A stretch of DNA of 64,000 bases from Bugula neritina (lineage: Eukaryota; Animalia; Bryozoa), in the NCBI GenBank assembly GCA_964035545.1, contig OZ037766.1, positions 19,952,767-20,016,766 on the forward strand, given 5' to 3'. Shown piece after piece: positions 23,620 to 36,937 of this stretch. Numbering within the stretch: the stretch's first letter is position 1; each line of letters starts with the position of its first letter. Both the position numbers and the translations under genes were made by a program. Below the pieces are notes generated by a model. That model made no database searches. It was not told where the DNA came from and saw nothing but the letters and a program-made list of their open reading frames with translations.

Positions 23620-25450
23620 TGTTGTTTTGAATAATGCTCTATTCTACAATCACCAGCACATTTGTTCAACTTTTTCAAAAAGTTATTGCAAAAAGTGTTA
23701 ATATCGTCTGAGTGTAAATTGTTCCAATTCACAACTTTAAGTTTTTTTCAACTTGTAGATAATTAATAACATGCCGTGGTTTATTAATGAGTTGATTGCG
23801 TGCAACATTTTTAAATTGATGCAGAAAAAAAAACGTAGGCAAGTGGTCACTGAAGTCTGAGTTGCTAACTCCAGATGTAACATTGTGTCCTATAATATTA
23901 GTAGCAATATGATCTAAGCATGTCCATCTGTTAGAAGGTTTAAAATAATGGGTTGGAATGATGATGTTGTTATAGAAGCAATTAGTGGCTAGCAAAATTG
24001 AGTAGTCTTCATTGCTAGGATCAAGGGTATTAATAATATCGCCAGCAATAATATGATTACTTGCTTGTGTAGTAGAGATGCGTAGTTTAAGGTCATTAAG
24101 AAATTCCACAACACCCGAGCTGGGGTGTCTGTACACGACTGTTAAAACAACCGGGTGAGCTGATACACCAAAGTCTAATCTAACAGAGTGAACACAAGAC
24201 CCAGCAAGCACCACAACCGGTAGCACCTCCACAGATATGTCGTTCCGCACATAGACCCCAGCACCACCTCCACGTGTACTTCTTTGTGAACTTGAAAAAG
24301 TATAATTTGAAAGTTTAAAAAAAGGCAATTCGTCATTGTTCAGCCACGTTTCTGTTACACAAATAATATCAAAAGGAGTACTACAACAAAGAAATTGTTC
24401 AAAGAGGTTAAATTTGTTACATTAACTTTGACAATTGATATTAAGAATCGAAAGCTTATGAAGAAAAACTTTGTCATGAAATTGTAAATTTTCTACGGGG
24501 TAACTTTGGCAATCAATGTCAAAAGCTGCCATTTTAGAGCTAGCACTTTGAGAATTGAACTAGAACTAAGAGCTCCAAGTCTTCCTCAGAGTTAATTTGA
24601 ATTGCATCAGATTATGTGTCTCTTCGTAAGTAGATTCGCTGGTTGTTAGTCCACACATATTTAAAATTGTTTTTAACTTTAAAATTGCGGGTTATCCAAA
24701 AAACTGTGCTTTGGGATTGGCTGAGTACTTCATTGATAGATATTTTGCCGGTTTCTTTGAAACCAAGTGTTGACAAAAGTTGGATATTTTTCCTGTATTG
24801 GTGAAAAAACTCATTTCGGTGAGTAGTTTGAGTAAATTTGATAATGATATGTTTAGTTTTTCTAATACGGTACATTTTGTCGATCTCAGAAATTGGTAGC
24901 AAAGGGGATTTTAATGGACGAGTTAATTTTTGATATGCAGTCAAAAGATCCTCTGAGTCATTAAATGAAATGCCATTAAGTTCAACACATTTAGCACGCT
25001 CAGCGTATTCAGCTGCTTCGACTCGGCTTTCCAAACCTTTGAAAGTTTCAAGTTTAAGCTCTATATTGCTAACAGATGTTGTCAATTTTTTATGTTCAGT
25101 ATGGAGATATTCGTTTAGTTCATTAGCATGTTATAGAGATTTTTCAAAATCAGCTTGCTTCTGTTCGATGATATTTAGGCGAAATTCAATGCTGTTTAGT
25201 TTACCAATGATAGTATCTAGTTTTTGGTTAATATCCGCCATCCCCGAATTAGCCCTATCATTATTTTCAGAGGTTGATATTAACTTTGATGTTTTCTTGG
25301 GACCCATAATAAAGTTTACTGGACTTACCCGATTCGAGGGTGGCTCATATGTATATCACCACCCTCTCTTCTAGCTGTAGCTGTATAGTGTAACTGTATT
25401 TAGAATTCAATATAGAAATAGTTATTTCTCCTGGCTAGCAGTTTTTTTAT
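23620..25450 (-). mobile_element. Second LINE (Crack/L2/CR1 group), 5' half only
   Basis: ORF1 from ATG ~25307 with an FP-C-like tail (ISINEVL..FKYVWTNNQRIYLRR); AP endonuclease 23729-24530 (GGGAGVYV, VYRHP, IIAGD, LDHI, SDHLP); RT missing. Confidence 0.88.
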
Positions 25451-25589
25451 CTTCCTCTCATTTTTGGGATTGGATTTGATGTTGATATTGATATAACATT
25501 AACTATGAATTATTAAATATAAGCTGTTAGACAAAGTGTAAGTGTATAACTAAGATTAAATTTAATAGTTGTCACTTACAGTTACTAGT

Positions 25590-26220
25590 AACACTGAATG
25601 AAAAATTTAAGACGTGATATATGCAAGTTGAGTGCAGAAGCTAATCATCCAGTTCTCTTTTATAGACTACACTCATATATGATATAACTGATAGTCTTTA
25701 ACCTATTTTTTACATTGTGCCTTTTCCCACCTTTTTACCCAAAAAGTTTGCAAATATTGGCTGCTGTACAACTTTTTGCCAATGGGCAAGCTTTTGGCAC
25801 AATAAATCCAATGTTGTGGATCCATGTTTTTGGGTTCTTGAGTCAGTTCGAGACTATCTGAATAAAAGTATCAGCAAGTAACCTTTCATTATATGTGTAG
25901 ATAACGGCCTAGGCTGCCAGATTATAGATAGAAAAATGTTTAACATTTGCTATTCTTGTAACTGTTCAACTAATGAGCTTTTTACACAATGCATCTAATG
26001 CTGTGAGCCAGTTTTTTTAGAGTTTATGGGTTAGTTTGAGACAACCTGAATGGAGGCTTTAGTAAAGTAGCAGTCATCTAATTTATATTTTTTGATCACA
26101 CTCCGGTAGTAGATATGCTGGAAATTGTTGGTTACTAAGTGGTGCTTACATGTTACTTTGAGTGCATCCTGCAGAGACATTCCTTTGTTCTCCATTGAAA
26201 GACTATGCAAGTGCTTCGAC
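25590..26220 (-). pseudogene. Degenerate copy A of an unidentified spliced gene module
   Basis: HLHSLSMENKGMSLQDAL..HIYYRSVIKKYKLDD followed by two exon-like copies of the 'LTALD.LC.K...W.KV..AAN' motif; collinear with 27770-28340. Confidence 0.6.
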
Positions 26221-26224
26221 ACTA

Positions 26225-26830
26225 CTCGTCTAGTTTTTCTTTGTTGATAACACTGATGAATAATAGCTTCTGTACAGCACTGACCGCCCAGTGGGCAATT
26301 GTCTTTAATTTTGCAGTTACATGGCTTGGTGTGATGTTTCTCTGACTGCAGCACTCTCTTTTTGTGGCCATTTATAATTGATGCTATATTAGGCATGCAG
26401 CTATGCAACACCTTTAATGTTTTAATATTGATTATGTAAATTTCTTTGCTGGGGGAACTCCTTGCGGAGAATCCGGAGGAACTTTTTGCCGATGTTATTG
26501 GCTACATTTCTACTAAAATGGGTGGGGGGGGGTGGTATCATGTTACTTTCCTTTAAGATTTGGTTTCTTTGTGCATTCTGGAGATTTGAAAAATTCTAGC
26601 TTATGATTGTATCCGACTTTGATAGTGCTTGCTGATAGATTGTTGTTGTTGAATGTAGTAGAGCTGGATGAGATGGACGAGAGTTGTCTGCTTATCGATT
26701 CTGGGATGTTTTGGATAATTGATGGTGGGTGGTTGGATTTTGCATGAATATATTTAGGGATGTTATTTGGTTTGTTGTCTGGTTTATATACTCCATTTGT
26801 GAGGTTGAGGTGAATATTCAAGAAATATAT
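26225..26830 (-). mobile_element. Penelope-like element fragment (RT C-terminus and Cys-rich linker)
   Basis: YKPDNKPNNIPKYIHAKSNHPPSIIQNIPESISRQLSSISS and SCMPNIASIINGHKK..CNCKIKDNCPLGGQC are typical of Penelope-like elements. Confidence 0.8.
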
Positions 26831-27334
26831 ATATATATATATATATCTATGGATCTCTAACCAGATTGACAATTGACATTTGTTATTGCTCCTAGGACAC
26901 AGCTTTGTGTGTAATTGAGCACTTCATGTTATTTAGCAAACATGGAAGCTATCAGATTTGACTTATATTGGATATATTGACTTGATGCCTTGAAGCATGC
27001 ATGATGCACATCATGCTTCTACATACTTTTTATGTATGAATTTATATCTTTTTTACACATAAAACAGGACACATAGATAAGACACTCGCATAAGAATCAT
27101 TACATTGATTGTAGCTACTGAGAAAGCTAAAAGCTATATATAGTTAATTGATACCAGAAGAAGTGCTGTAAGCTACAACGTATGAACATGAAAAAATAAA
27201 ATAATAAGCAAAAAATAACTAACACACCAAATAATAATACAAAAACAAAACAACATTTGTTAGTAGAGAAAAGTATACCAGCTGATAGAATTTTGATCGC
27301 TGTTTTATAGATGAAGGATTATGCATAAATAGAG

Positions 27335-28340
27335 AAAACAAGGGCGGCAAGGTCACCTGTTTTTGAGTTGTTATGCCAGCTAAAAACAGCCCGAATAAAA
27401 TTAACGAGGTGTCAAGCTATCACCGTACATTTTGCCTCATACAAGTGGATAATTAAAGTTGAAAATATATGGAATGGAAAAACATTTTAAATTTAAGTTT
27501 GAGTTTCCTATTTATGAAGTAAAAAACAATGAAATGAGCAAGACCATGAACGCGAAAATCCTTAGAATAATTTTATAAATGTGAAAAGGAAGTATACAAA
27601 TAGAGTACATGACACTACCTTGCTTAAACTTGTTAGTCACTAAGTGGCGCTTACTTGCTACTTTGTGCTTGACACACGTAGTTATTTTGATGCATGTTGG
27701 TCATTCCTTTCTTATTTGTATTCTTATTCTGTAAGCAGTTATTGGCTTGTCTTCGAGTACATAATCTGAGGAACACAGAATGAAAAATTGAAGACATTGA
27801 CTATGCAAGTTGATTGCAGAAGCTAATCATCCAGTTTTCCATTATCAACTACATTCACGTGTCTGATGTTCTTAAACCTGTTTTTTGCCTTGTGCCCCTT
27901 TTTACCCTAACAGTTTGCAAATATTGGCTGCTGGCACGTTTGCCTAAAGAAAAAGTTTTTGCACAATAAATCCAATGCCGTGAGCCTGTTTTCTAGAGTT
28001 GAGTCAGTTCAAGACCATCTAAATAAAAATATTATCAAGTTGTCAACGTACCACCGTAACCTTTCATTATACATGTTGATAGCTGCTGAGGCTGCCAGAT
28101 TTTATATAGGAAAATGTTATTCAACATTTGCTTTTCTTATAATTGTTGTCAAGCGACTAAACTTTTTAAACAATGCAACTAATGCTGCAAGCTCAATTTT
28201 TCAGAATTGATGGGTCAGCTCCAGGCAACCTGAATAGAAGCTTTAGCAAAATGTCAATCATTTAATTTCTTTATTGATCACTTTTTGCAGTAGATATGCT
28301 TGAATTCACTCCACTGTGCTTACTTACTACCATGAGCTCA
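27335..28340 (-). pseudogene. Degenerate copy B of the unidentified module
   Basis: 27770-28340 is similar to 25590-26220; 27335-27780 is similar to 32610-33080 and 35830-36245, including the intron sequence. Confidence 0.6.
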
Positions 28341-28899
28341 TCCAACTGACTAATAGATTTAAAAAAGTGTTGATCTACCGTTCGGTAGTTTTTGCATCTG
28401 CATGTAGATAGCTCCTGAGATTAATGTTTTTAAATGGAAAAAATTTCTAACCCCCAGTCATAAAACATTTTTGATTTTTAACTTAATAGCTCTGTATGAT
28501 AATGAGTGCTCAAATCTTAAAAATAATTTTACAACTGTGAACTTAAAGTATACAAATGGATTACGAGCTGTTGTGTTAATACCAAGATGATGTATTTTTA
28601 CAAGAACCATACGTCCTATAACTACGCATACGAATAAAACAAAACAGTAAAATAACTCTTTGTGTGCAGTAATTCGAGTAAAACACAACACCTCTCTTTC
28701 TAAAACAAAACACAACTGAAATGTAAACACGAGTGGTATACGAAAAGTGATACAAAGCGTATAACTGAATTTAGCGAGTATTAATAGGCTGATAAGCATA
28801 AAAATACCAACATGTTAAACATTTCGAGAACATAATACCATAATATAATATAAGAATATAATATCAGAATATAATATCGGAATATAACAAAGCACAAGA

Positions 28900-31800
28900 C
28901 AGGAGGCTAGAGGTCAAGCTTTAGCGGAGCGGACTTCGCGACCAGACCTAGTTTTGGACAAATGAACACCAGAGCTAGAAACTGAGCGGGTCTGTTTGGC
29001 CCTATTTAGAGGAACAACTGCCTGGTGGAGGCTAACCTGAACTGACTTTTCTCGGGGCTGAACATCCAACCTAACATCTGATGGAAATTGTTGGGCTTCA
29101 CTACCAAATACAGCGGTCTGTCTGGGACTACTATGAACTGATTGGTTCTTGAACTGAACAGCTACATCACTTGCTCGTCTCATAATGGGCGACAAGTGAG
29201 TTGGTGTGAGACCTCTATGGTTGCATCCTAACTCGGTACTACCTGTGTCTTAAACAGCGTAAAGTCTCGGTACGCACTGTTGGATAACTACTGCGTCCCT
29301 GTTCAAGTCTCTAATTTTCACCCTGTCACCTCATTTCAACAGGGGAAGTGGTGCAACTTTATGCGCAATATCAGAATTCTCTTTTACATGACTGCGCTTC
29401 AGCTCTTCTTTCTCTTGAATTCCCAATCTCTCTACAGGCCGAGGGACTAACAGCTTAGTGAGTGCGTGAACAGTGGTCTCCAGCTTTCGGCCCATCAACA
29501 GCTCAGCAGGAGACAAGCCATTTTCCAGAGGAGAAGATCGATAGGCCACCAGCGCAAAGTATGGTTCTGTCTTATGAGCAGGGACTTGATTGTTTAGACT
29601 GCCCTCTCAGCTTTTCCATTAGCCTGAGGATGCTTTGGTGAAATATTGACATAGGCAAACTGGTAAGAAGAAACGCACAACTTAAACTCATGGCTGGCGT
29701 ACTGGGGGCCGTTGTGCGGAACCAACACATCTGGAACACCATGGCGCGCGAAGATGCTTCACATGTGGCTAATAACTTCCCTGCTGGTGAGTTCAGCTAA
29801 CAAAGCAACTTTGACACACTTAGAATAATAGTCTACTACTAGGAGATACCAACGATTGTGAACAAACAACAAATCACTACCTAACCTCTCCCAAGGACGC
29901 TTAGGAAACTTGGCTACCATCAATGGCTCTACAAAAATGTTGCAGGTGTTGCACTGGCGTACCATGTCTGCAATCTACTGAAGTATATCCTGATTGGTAA
30001 GGTACTTCGGCCATGAGGTCTCAACAAACCTAATAACTTGGGCCAAGACTTCATCAGCTTTTTGCAGCTTTGCCAACATCATAAGCCTCTGGCTAGAAGC
30101 AAACGACTTATATTTCTCCTTCACGGCCAACTCTACTTCCTCCTCAAAAGCCACTTTTTCCACACTGGGCGATACCTGTGAGCGAGATAATGCATCAGCA
30201 AGCACATTATCTTTACCAGCAATGTGTTCAACGACATGCGCAAACCTCATAAACCTCGTCCTGAAACGCTGAATGCGAACAGTCAGTTTATCCAGTTCAA
30301 AGGCTTGTGATCAGTCTGTATCTCAACTGTGATACCTGTAATGTAATTTCTAAACTTAGTACATGCCACACAACCCCCAGTGACGCCTGTTCGATGGTTG
30401 CATACCTATTTTCAGTATCAGTCAAAGTACGAGAAGCTGCTGCTACTACCCTCTTGGAACCGTCCGGCTGAAGCTGCAGCAATACAGCATGCATCAGTCT
30501 GTATAATGGTTTCAGCCTTCGGGTTATGAACCGCAAGAACGAAATCTCTCGACAGCTCCTCTTTGATTTGGGCAAAGGCTATAGACTGAGCCTCATCCTA
30601 GAACCAAGGAAATGTCTTTCACAACAAATCCCTGAAAGGCTTAGATAGCTCCGCCAATTTAGGGGTAAACTTACTCAACTGATTTGCCATACCCAAGAAG
30701 CTACGAACATCTGAGACACTCCGAGAACTTCTGAAGTCTCTAATCCTTTGAACTGTCTCATGGTTGGCTTGAATGCCTTTATTAGAAATCGAATGCCCCA
30801 GAAACTTGATTGAACTTTTAGAAAATTCATATTTGGAACTGTTTATAGTATTCCTGCATCAGACATGCGTCTGAGGACAGCCCGAACTCTAGCATCGTGT
30901 TCCTCCACAATATTGCCTCAGACACAAACATCATCCATATAAACAATAACTCGTTCTAGACCACAAAGAACCTGCGACACAACTTTGGCATAGATCTCTG
31001 GGCTAGATGACAGCCCAAACGGCAACCTATGATAAGCATACCGACCAAATGGGGTCAAAAATGTAGTAAGGAGTTTGCTAGACTTGGACAGGGGTATTTG
31101 ATAAAACCCATAGTTTGCATCCAACTTGCTGAAAACTTTCCCATCACCTAGTTTAGCTAGACTAGAGTCGACATGGGTCATTGGGTATACCTCCCTTCTG
31201 ACTACTTTATTCAACTGATTGTAGTCTACACATATACGAATACGACCACTTGCTTTGTGGACTATAACCAATTAGTTGAGCACCAATCAGTTGGTTCACT
31301 AACAGGGAAGATGACTCTTAAATTTACCATTTCATCAAACTCAGCCTTCACTTTATCTAATAATGGATGCGGCGGGGACCGGTGTTTACTTGAATCTCTG
31401 CGTCCTGGCTCATTTTACCCAGGCCAGAAAAAAGACTAGGAAACTTATTTCTGAACTTATTAGCACTTTCAGTAACACAATCAAGTTGGGTATTACATGA
31501 TACAAAACTTAAGCCTACACATGCACGTCTACTAAATAAAGCTTTATTGTGAGCTACTTTGTGCTTGCCTACAGATATTGTACTGTCAAAATAGCCTAAC
31601 ACTGATATCTGACTATTACTCGTCCAAACAATGACTTGTCTGGCTGTTTAAGCGGTACTGACTTACAGAGCTGCTGTGAGATGATGGTAAGATCTGCACT
31701 GGCATCTAACTTGAATCACACATGCACCAATGGTTGATCTACGAGTACAGACTTTTTCCATTCAATGTTAGCATCTCTCTCTGTTACTTCACCCAAAAAG

Positions 31801-31960
31801 TACTGCCCTTTGTCGCAAGGTTCAACGTTGCTGGTTGACTGGTCATAATCGTTCTCTTCCACAGATTGTACTGCTCTTCCTTTTGACCTGCACACTCTAG
31901 CAAAATATCCTCGTTTTTGGCATTTGTGACACACGAAATCTTGCGCAGGACATTTCCCTA
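28900..31960 (-). mobile_element. Ty3/Gypsy LTR retrotransposon 2 (degenerate gag-end/PR/RT/RH/IN; 5'-truncated)
   Basis: Zn knuckle CHKCQKRGYFARVC; protease FKLDASAD (~31690-31715); RT YMDD (30918-31271); RNase H ASRTLTDTENRYATIE and GKDNVLADALSR; integrase VVDYYSK, FARHGVP, NGPQY, HPQANGKAE, SPAELLMGR. Domain order RT-RH-IN. Confidence 0.92.
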
Positions 31961-32270
31961 AATGCCAGAACAAATGAACGTACCATCTCTGGCTTTTTAT
32001 CAGAAACCTGTACCAAGCAAGAAATCCATCCAAGAGGTCAATGCCACCCATGTGGTTATTATAGTGACCAACAAATGCTGGTATGGGGACATCAGTAGGC
32101 ATTTTTTTGCCTTGTTCCATCGCTTTGCTACCTCTTCAAGCTTGTGAATAATTTCTGTAGAAAATAATGTCACCACACCATTGTCATACCATGTCACACA
32201 GGCAATCCCGAGGCTTTCCTGGGTTTTATAATCATAATAGGTTTCCATTCCATGATTGACATACAAGTGG
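31960..32270 (-). mobile_element. piggyBac (PGBD-like) transposase fragment
   Basis: IACVTWYDNGVVTLFST and YNNHMGGIDLLD..YR..IKSQRWY..LFWHL match the piggyBac catalytic C-terminal motifs. Confidence 0.88.
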
Positions 32271-32511
32271 GGGAATCATCTAGATATGATAGTAATCATA
32301 ACTGCTGTCTGTGGATGTAATGGTTACCCAAGCTTTGTATTTGTTGCAGCAATGTCAGCAATGGCTGTTATACAGTCAGTTCTTGTTAAAAACAATGATG
32401 ATCAACTATGTTTGATGGCTATTATATACTGTGATAGTAGAGCAAAACTAAGTTAATGAAGAAAATGAGCATTGAAATTGTTGAAGCCATGCAAAATTCT
32501 TTTATTTTAGG

Positions 32512-33064
32512 TTATTGCCGTTTCTTTCCAAACATTGTGAGTTTGCCAGCATTGGCTGCTTCAAAAACTTTTTGCCAGTTAATGGATCTCCGGCATGCTA
32601 AATTCAAAGCAGTGAGACCGCCTTTCTTTCCATTGTTGTGCTAGCTAGAAATAGCCTGCATAAACAAATAACAAGGTGTCAAGCTACCACAGTAACTTCT
32701 GCATCATTTACAAGTGAAGTAATAAAGTTGACACAATGTTTTAAATGGAAAAAAATTTAAATTAAAATTTGAGTTTTTTATTTATGAAGTAAATTGCCAT
32801 GAATTGAGCAAGACCATGAACACGCAAATACTTAGAATAATTTTATAAATTTGAACATGAAGTATAAAAATAGAGTATATGACACTACCTCATCCAGTTT
32901 TTCTTTGTTGATCACACGCAGGTAGTAGATGTGTTTGAATTTGTTCGTCACAAAGTTGCGCTTACCCACTACACTGAGTGCGTCTCGCAGAGACATTTCT
33001 CTGTTCCCCATTAAGAGAAGATGCAAGTGTTCTAAGCAGTTGATTGCTTGTCTTGAAGTGCATA
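32512..33064 (-). pseudogene. Copy C of the unidentified module: two best-preserved exons (33064-32889, 32655-32512)
   Basis: Canonical acceptor/donor sites with in-phase join; one in-frame TAG where sister copies have TGG. Confidence 0.65.
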
Positions 33065-33784
33065 CTGTGAGGAACACAGAATTATAAATGAATACAGACA
33101 TAACATTGTAAAGCAATGATGATTGACATGTGTCCAACAAAAATTTTCTAATGTTTGTCCAATAAATAAGTTTTGCTTCCATGTTTGTAAGGAAAGGAAA
33201 CTGGTAAAAGATGCTTTTTACTCAATGTATGTACACACTATACTTTCAACGAGTGCACTGTTTAAAGGTGCATGCTAATAACAACTACTAACAAAGTGGT
33301 TGTGTAATATGTGGAAAGTCCTATATCCTAACTTGCAATAAAGTAACATGACAAAAACAGCAATTGTTGGTTACACATTTTGGAGGTAAGCAGTCATATA
33401 TTCAGAGTTGCCTCACCATGTTTGTACTTGGCCGTTAGATCGGATGTTGATGGATTGATATTGTTGAGAGCTGGAGTGCAGGAGATGGTAGAGGTTGTTG
33501 GATCAGGGGTGTCATTGATTCTCTCTAAAACATAACATATGCCCCAGTAAATGTCAAGGTGTCTCGCAACATGCATGCATACCCTGCGCAGTCAGGCTCT
33601 GCTACAAGTTCAAAATTCATTCTTTAAGAAGCGAACACAAACATTGAGTCGCTGAAAAAAGTTTAGGAGGCCGAGACATAATTATGCCAGTAACTGTTGT
33701 ATTATTAGTGGCATTTGAAAAAAGACAAAGAACATTAAAGCATTGTGAGAGAACAAATCAGAGGTGTCAGTAGTATTCACACTA

Positions 33785-34245
<461 letters not shown>

Positions 34246-34449
34246 TAGGCTTGCACGGTGCTAAATATTACTGTAATTACTTAAACAAACCTGTTATTTC
34301 CGTTCTTTCGTCTCCAACAACTATATAGAATGGTACCTTCACATCCTGAAGTTGAAAAGCACCTGTGTACAAGGATAGATCTAGAAAAGTAATCACATAA
34401 TTTTTACATATATTATATGTACAAGCATGTACATCAGTAAATACTTACA

Positions 34450-34575
34450 TGTACACCTAGACATACGTATGTACATCTATACATGTGTACGTACATCTAT
34501 ACATGTGTACGTACATCTATACATACGTATGTACATCTATGCATGAGTACGTACATCTATACATGTGTATGTATC
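34450..34575. repeat. 20-bp minisatellite (GTACATCTATACATGTGTAC-like), ~6 copies
   Basis: Direct observation. Confidence 0.85.
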
Positions 34576-35359
34576 CGAAAGCACTACACTATACCAGTTC
34601 TATCACCAGCGATATTGAGCACTCTACTTTGTTGCAACTCCAATTAGATTGACAATCAGCATACACATATGCACACGCACCCACACATACATACATAAAT
34701 TATATTCGTATGTGTGTGTATAGAGGGAAAAAATGTATTATAACATCATTCAATTTACCGCTTCACCTTTGCTTAAGATGGTACATTCCATCCCTCTGTA
34801 CTCCTCCTTCAACTCTTTGACAAATTCACGGATTTTAGTAGCTCCCTTAAAAGGGAAATTTTTTTATGCCCTCTACATTCAAGATTACTCTCTCATCCTT
34901 GATTAAACCTGTGGAATTTGTAGGCAACATAACTATAACAAAGTTCACTGAAGTAACACATGTATGAGTCATTTAAAAGCAGCTAACCAAAATGAGTCGC
35001 TCACTTTTTTCCCAACCTCTGCATTTCTTGCAGGGTTATTCTTTATAAACATTTGATTGGTAAAATGCTCCGATCTAGCGAAAGCCATCTCTAAAATACC
35101 CACGTCAAAGATGGACAATTTGCGGTTGTTAGCATAAGTTTGCTATGCATTCATATGTGGTTTATTGTTTCCTTTTTTTAGCAATAATTGACTTCTACTT
35201 TGAGATTTTGAGCTTGCAAACAACAAGAAAGTTATTGCAGTACAAATACAGGAAATTACACTATATGCATGCACCAGATAAATTGATCTTATTCTCTATT
35301 TCTATATGTACAACTAGTCAAATGCATAAATAAACAATAGATCACAGAAATTATTACCT

Positions 35360-36247
35360 TTTTCCTGCTTTTTTTGCTTTGTTCCATCGCTTTGCTACCC
35401 CTTCAAGCTCGTGAATAATTCCTGTAGAAAATAATGTCACCACACCATTGTCATACCATCTCACACGGGCAATCCCGAGGTTTTCCTGGGTTTTATAATT
35501 ATAATAGGTTTCCATTCCATGATTGACATGCAAGTGGGGGAATCATCTAGATATGACAGTAATCATAACTGCTGTCTGTAGATGTAATGGCTGTTATACA
35601 GTCAGTTCTTGTCGAAAACAATGATGATCAACTATGTTTGATGGCTATTATGTACTGTGATAGTAAAACAAAACTGAGTTGATGAAGAAAATGAGCATTG
35701 AAATTGTTGAAGTCATGCAACATTCTTTTATTTAAAGTCATTACCGGTTTTTTTTGAAAAGTTGTAAGTTTGCCAGCATTGGCTGCTTAGACAACTTTTA
35801 GCCAATTAACAGATTTCTTGCATATTAAATTTAAGGCAGCAAGGTCGCCTTTCTTTGAGTTGTTATGCCAGCTAAAACAGCCCAAATAAAATTAACAAGG
35901 TGTCAAGCTATCACCATAAATTTCTCATCATACTAGTGGAGAATTAAAGTTGACAATATTTTGAATGAAAAAATGTTTTAAATTGAAGTTTGAGTTTGTT
36001 TATTTATGAAATGAGTTAGACCGTGAACGCGAAAATCCTCAATATTTTTATGAATGTGAAAATGAAATATACAAATAGAGTACATGACACTACCTTGTCT
36101 AGATTTTCTTTTTTGATCGCACTCGGGTAGTAGATTTGCTTAAATTTGTTCGTCACCGAGTTGCGCTTATCTACTACACTGAGTGCGGATCGCAGAGACA
36201 TTTCTCTGTTCCCCATTAAAAGAAGATGCAAGTGCTCTAAGCAGTGG
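35360..36247 (-). pseudogene. Copy D of the unidentified module plus a duplicated piggyBac fragment (35360-35530)
   Basis: Collinear high similarity to 32100-33040; cut at 36248 by an LTR. Confidence 0.7.
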
Positions 36248-36937
36248 TGTGGGTTTTAGCTGATGAGAACACAGTGACTCTTTGCTAAGGGTATTATTAA
36301 TAATAATAAGAAGGTTTATACTCACTATTCTTTATTGTACTCCAAATTACATCCAAAAATAGAAAGAGAGTTGGAGGGGGTAATTCCTTACATCAAGTAG
36401 AAAACTATATGTACTAACATTACTCTAGGTATAAGGTAAATAACTATGCAACTAGGTATACAAGTGTCCTTGATTGGTAGCTTCGAGTTGTGTCTTCATC
36501 TGGTGCTGGCAGTCAACTGAACCCACTGGTTTGAGGGCTCCCTTTTATATGTTTCGAGATGGCTGATTCAGAAGGTTACATACGAACTCGAAGAGAGTTC
36601 GCTCGAATCACAAAGGATTCGCAGGGTAGTAACAAAAAGTTCGCAGGATTTTGCTCGATTTGAGCAAACTTCGAGGGGAAATTCCAGTCACTTTGAATAT
36701 AATTATAAGCAGTCCTACGCGTAGCCACAAACAATAGCTAATCCAGTCATTACTAAAATAATACCTAACTATGAACAATAGCCAATCCAGTCGTTACTAT
36801 AATAACACCTAGCTGTTACCAGAATAATACTATAGTAGCTAGTGAAATTGGGAAAAACACGAACTCAATATGAGTGAAAGAAATATTAGTAAGAATGCAC
36901 GCAACAATTATTAATATATACACAAATTTACTACACA
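36248..36937 (-). repeat. 3' LTR of Gypsy-like element 3
   Basis: On the minus strand a polypurine tract GATGGAGGGGAG (36949-36938) is followed by TGTG...CACA termini; the distal end coincides with the break in homology to 33030-33040. Confidence 0.75.

Noticed and set aside
28370-28900. 3' LTR of Gypsy element 2
   Set aside because: No clear polypurine tract or second LTR to define boundaries, so left uncalled.
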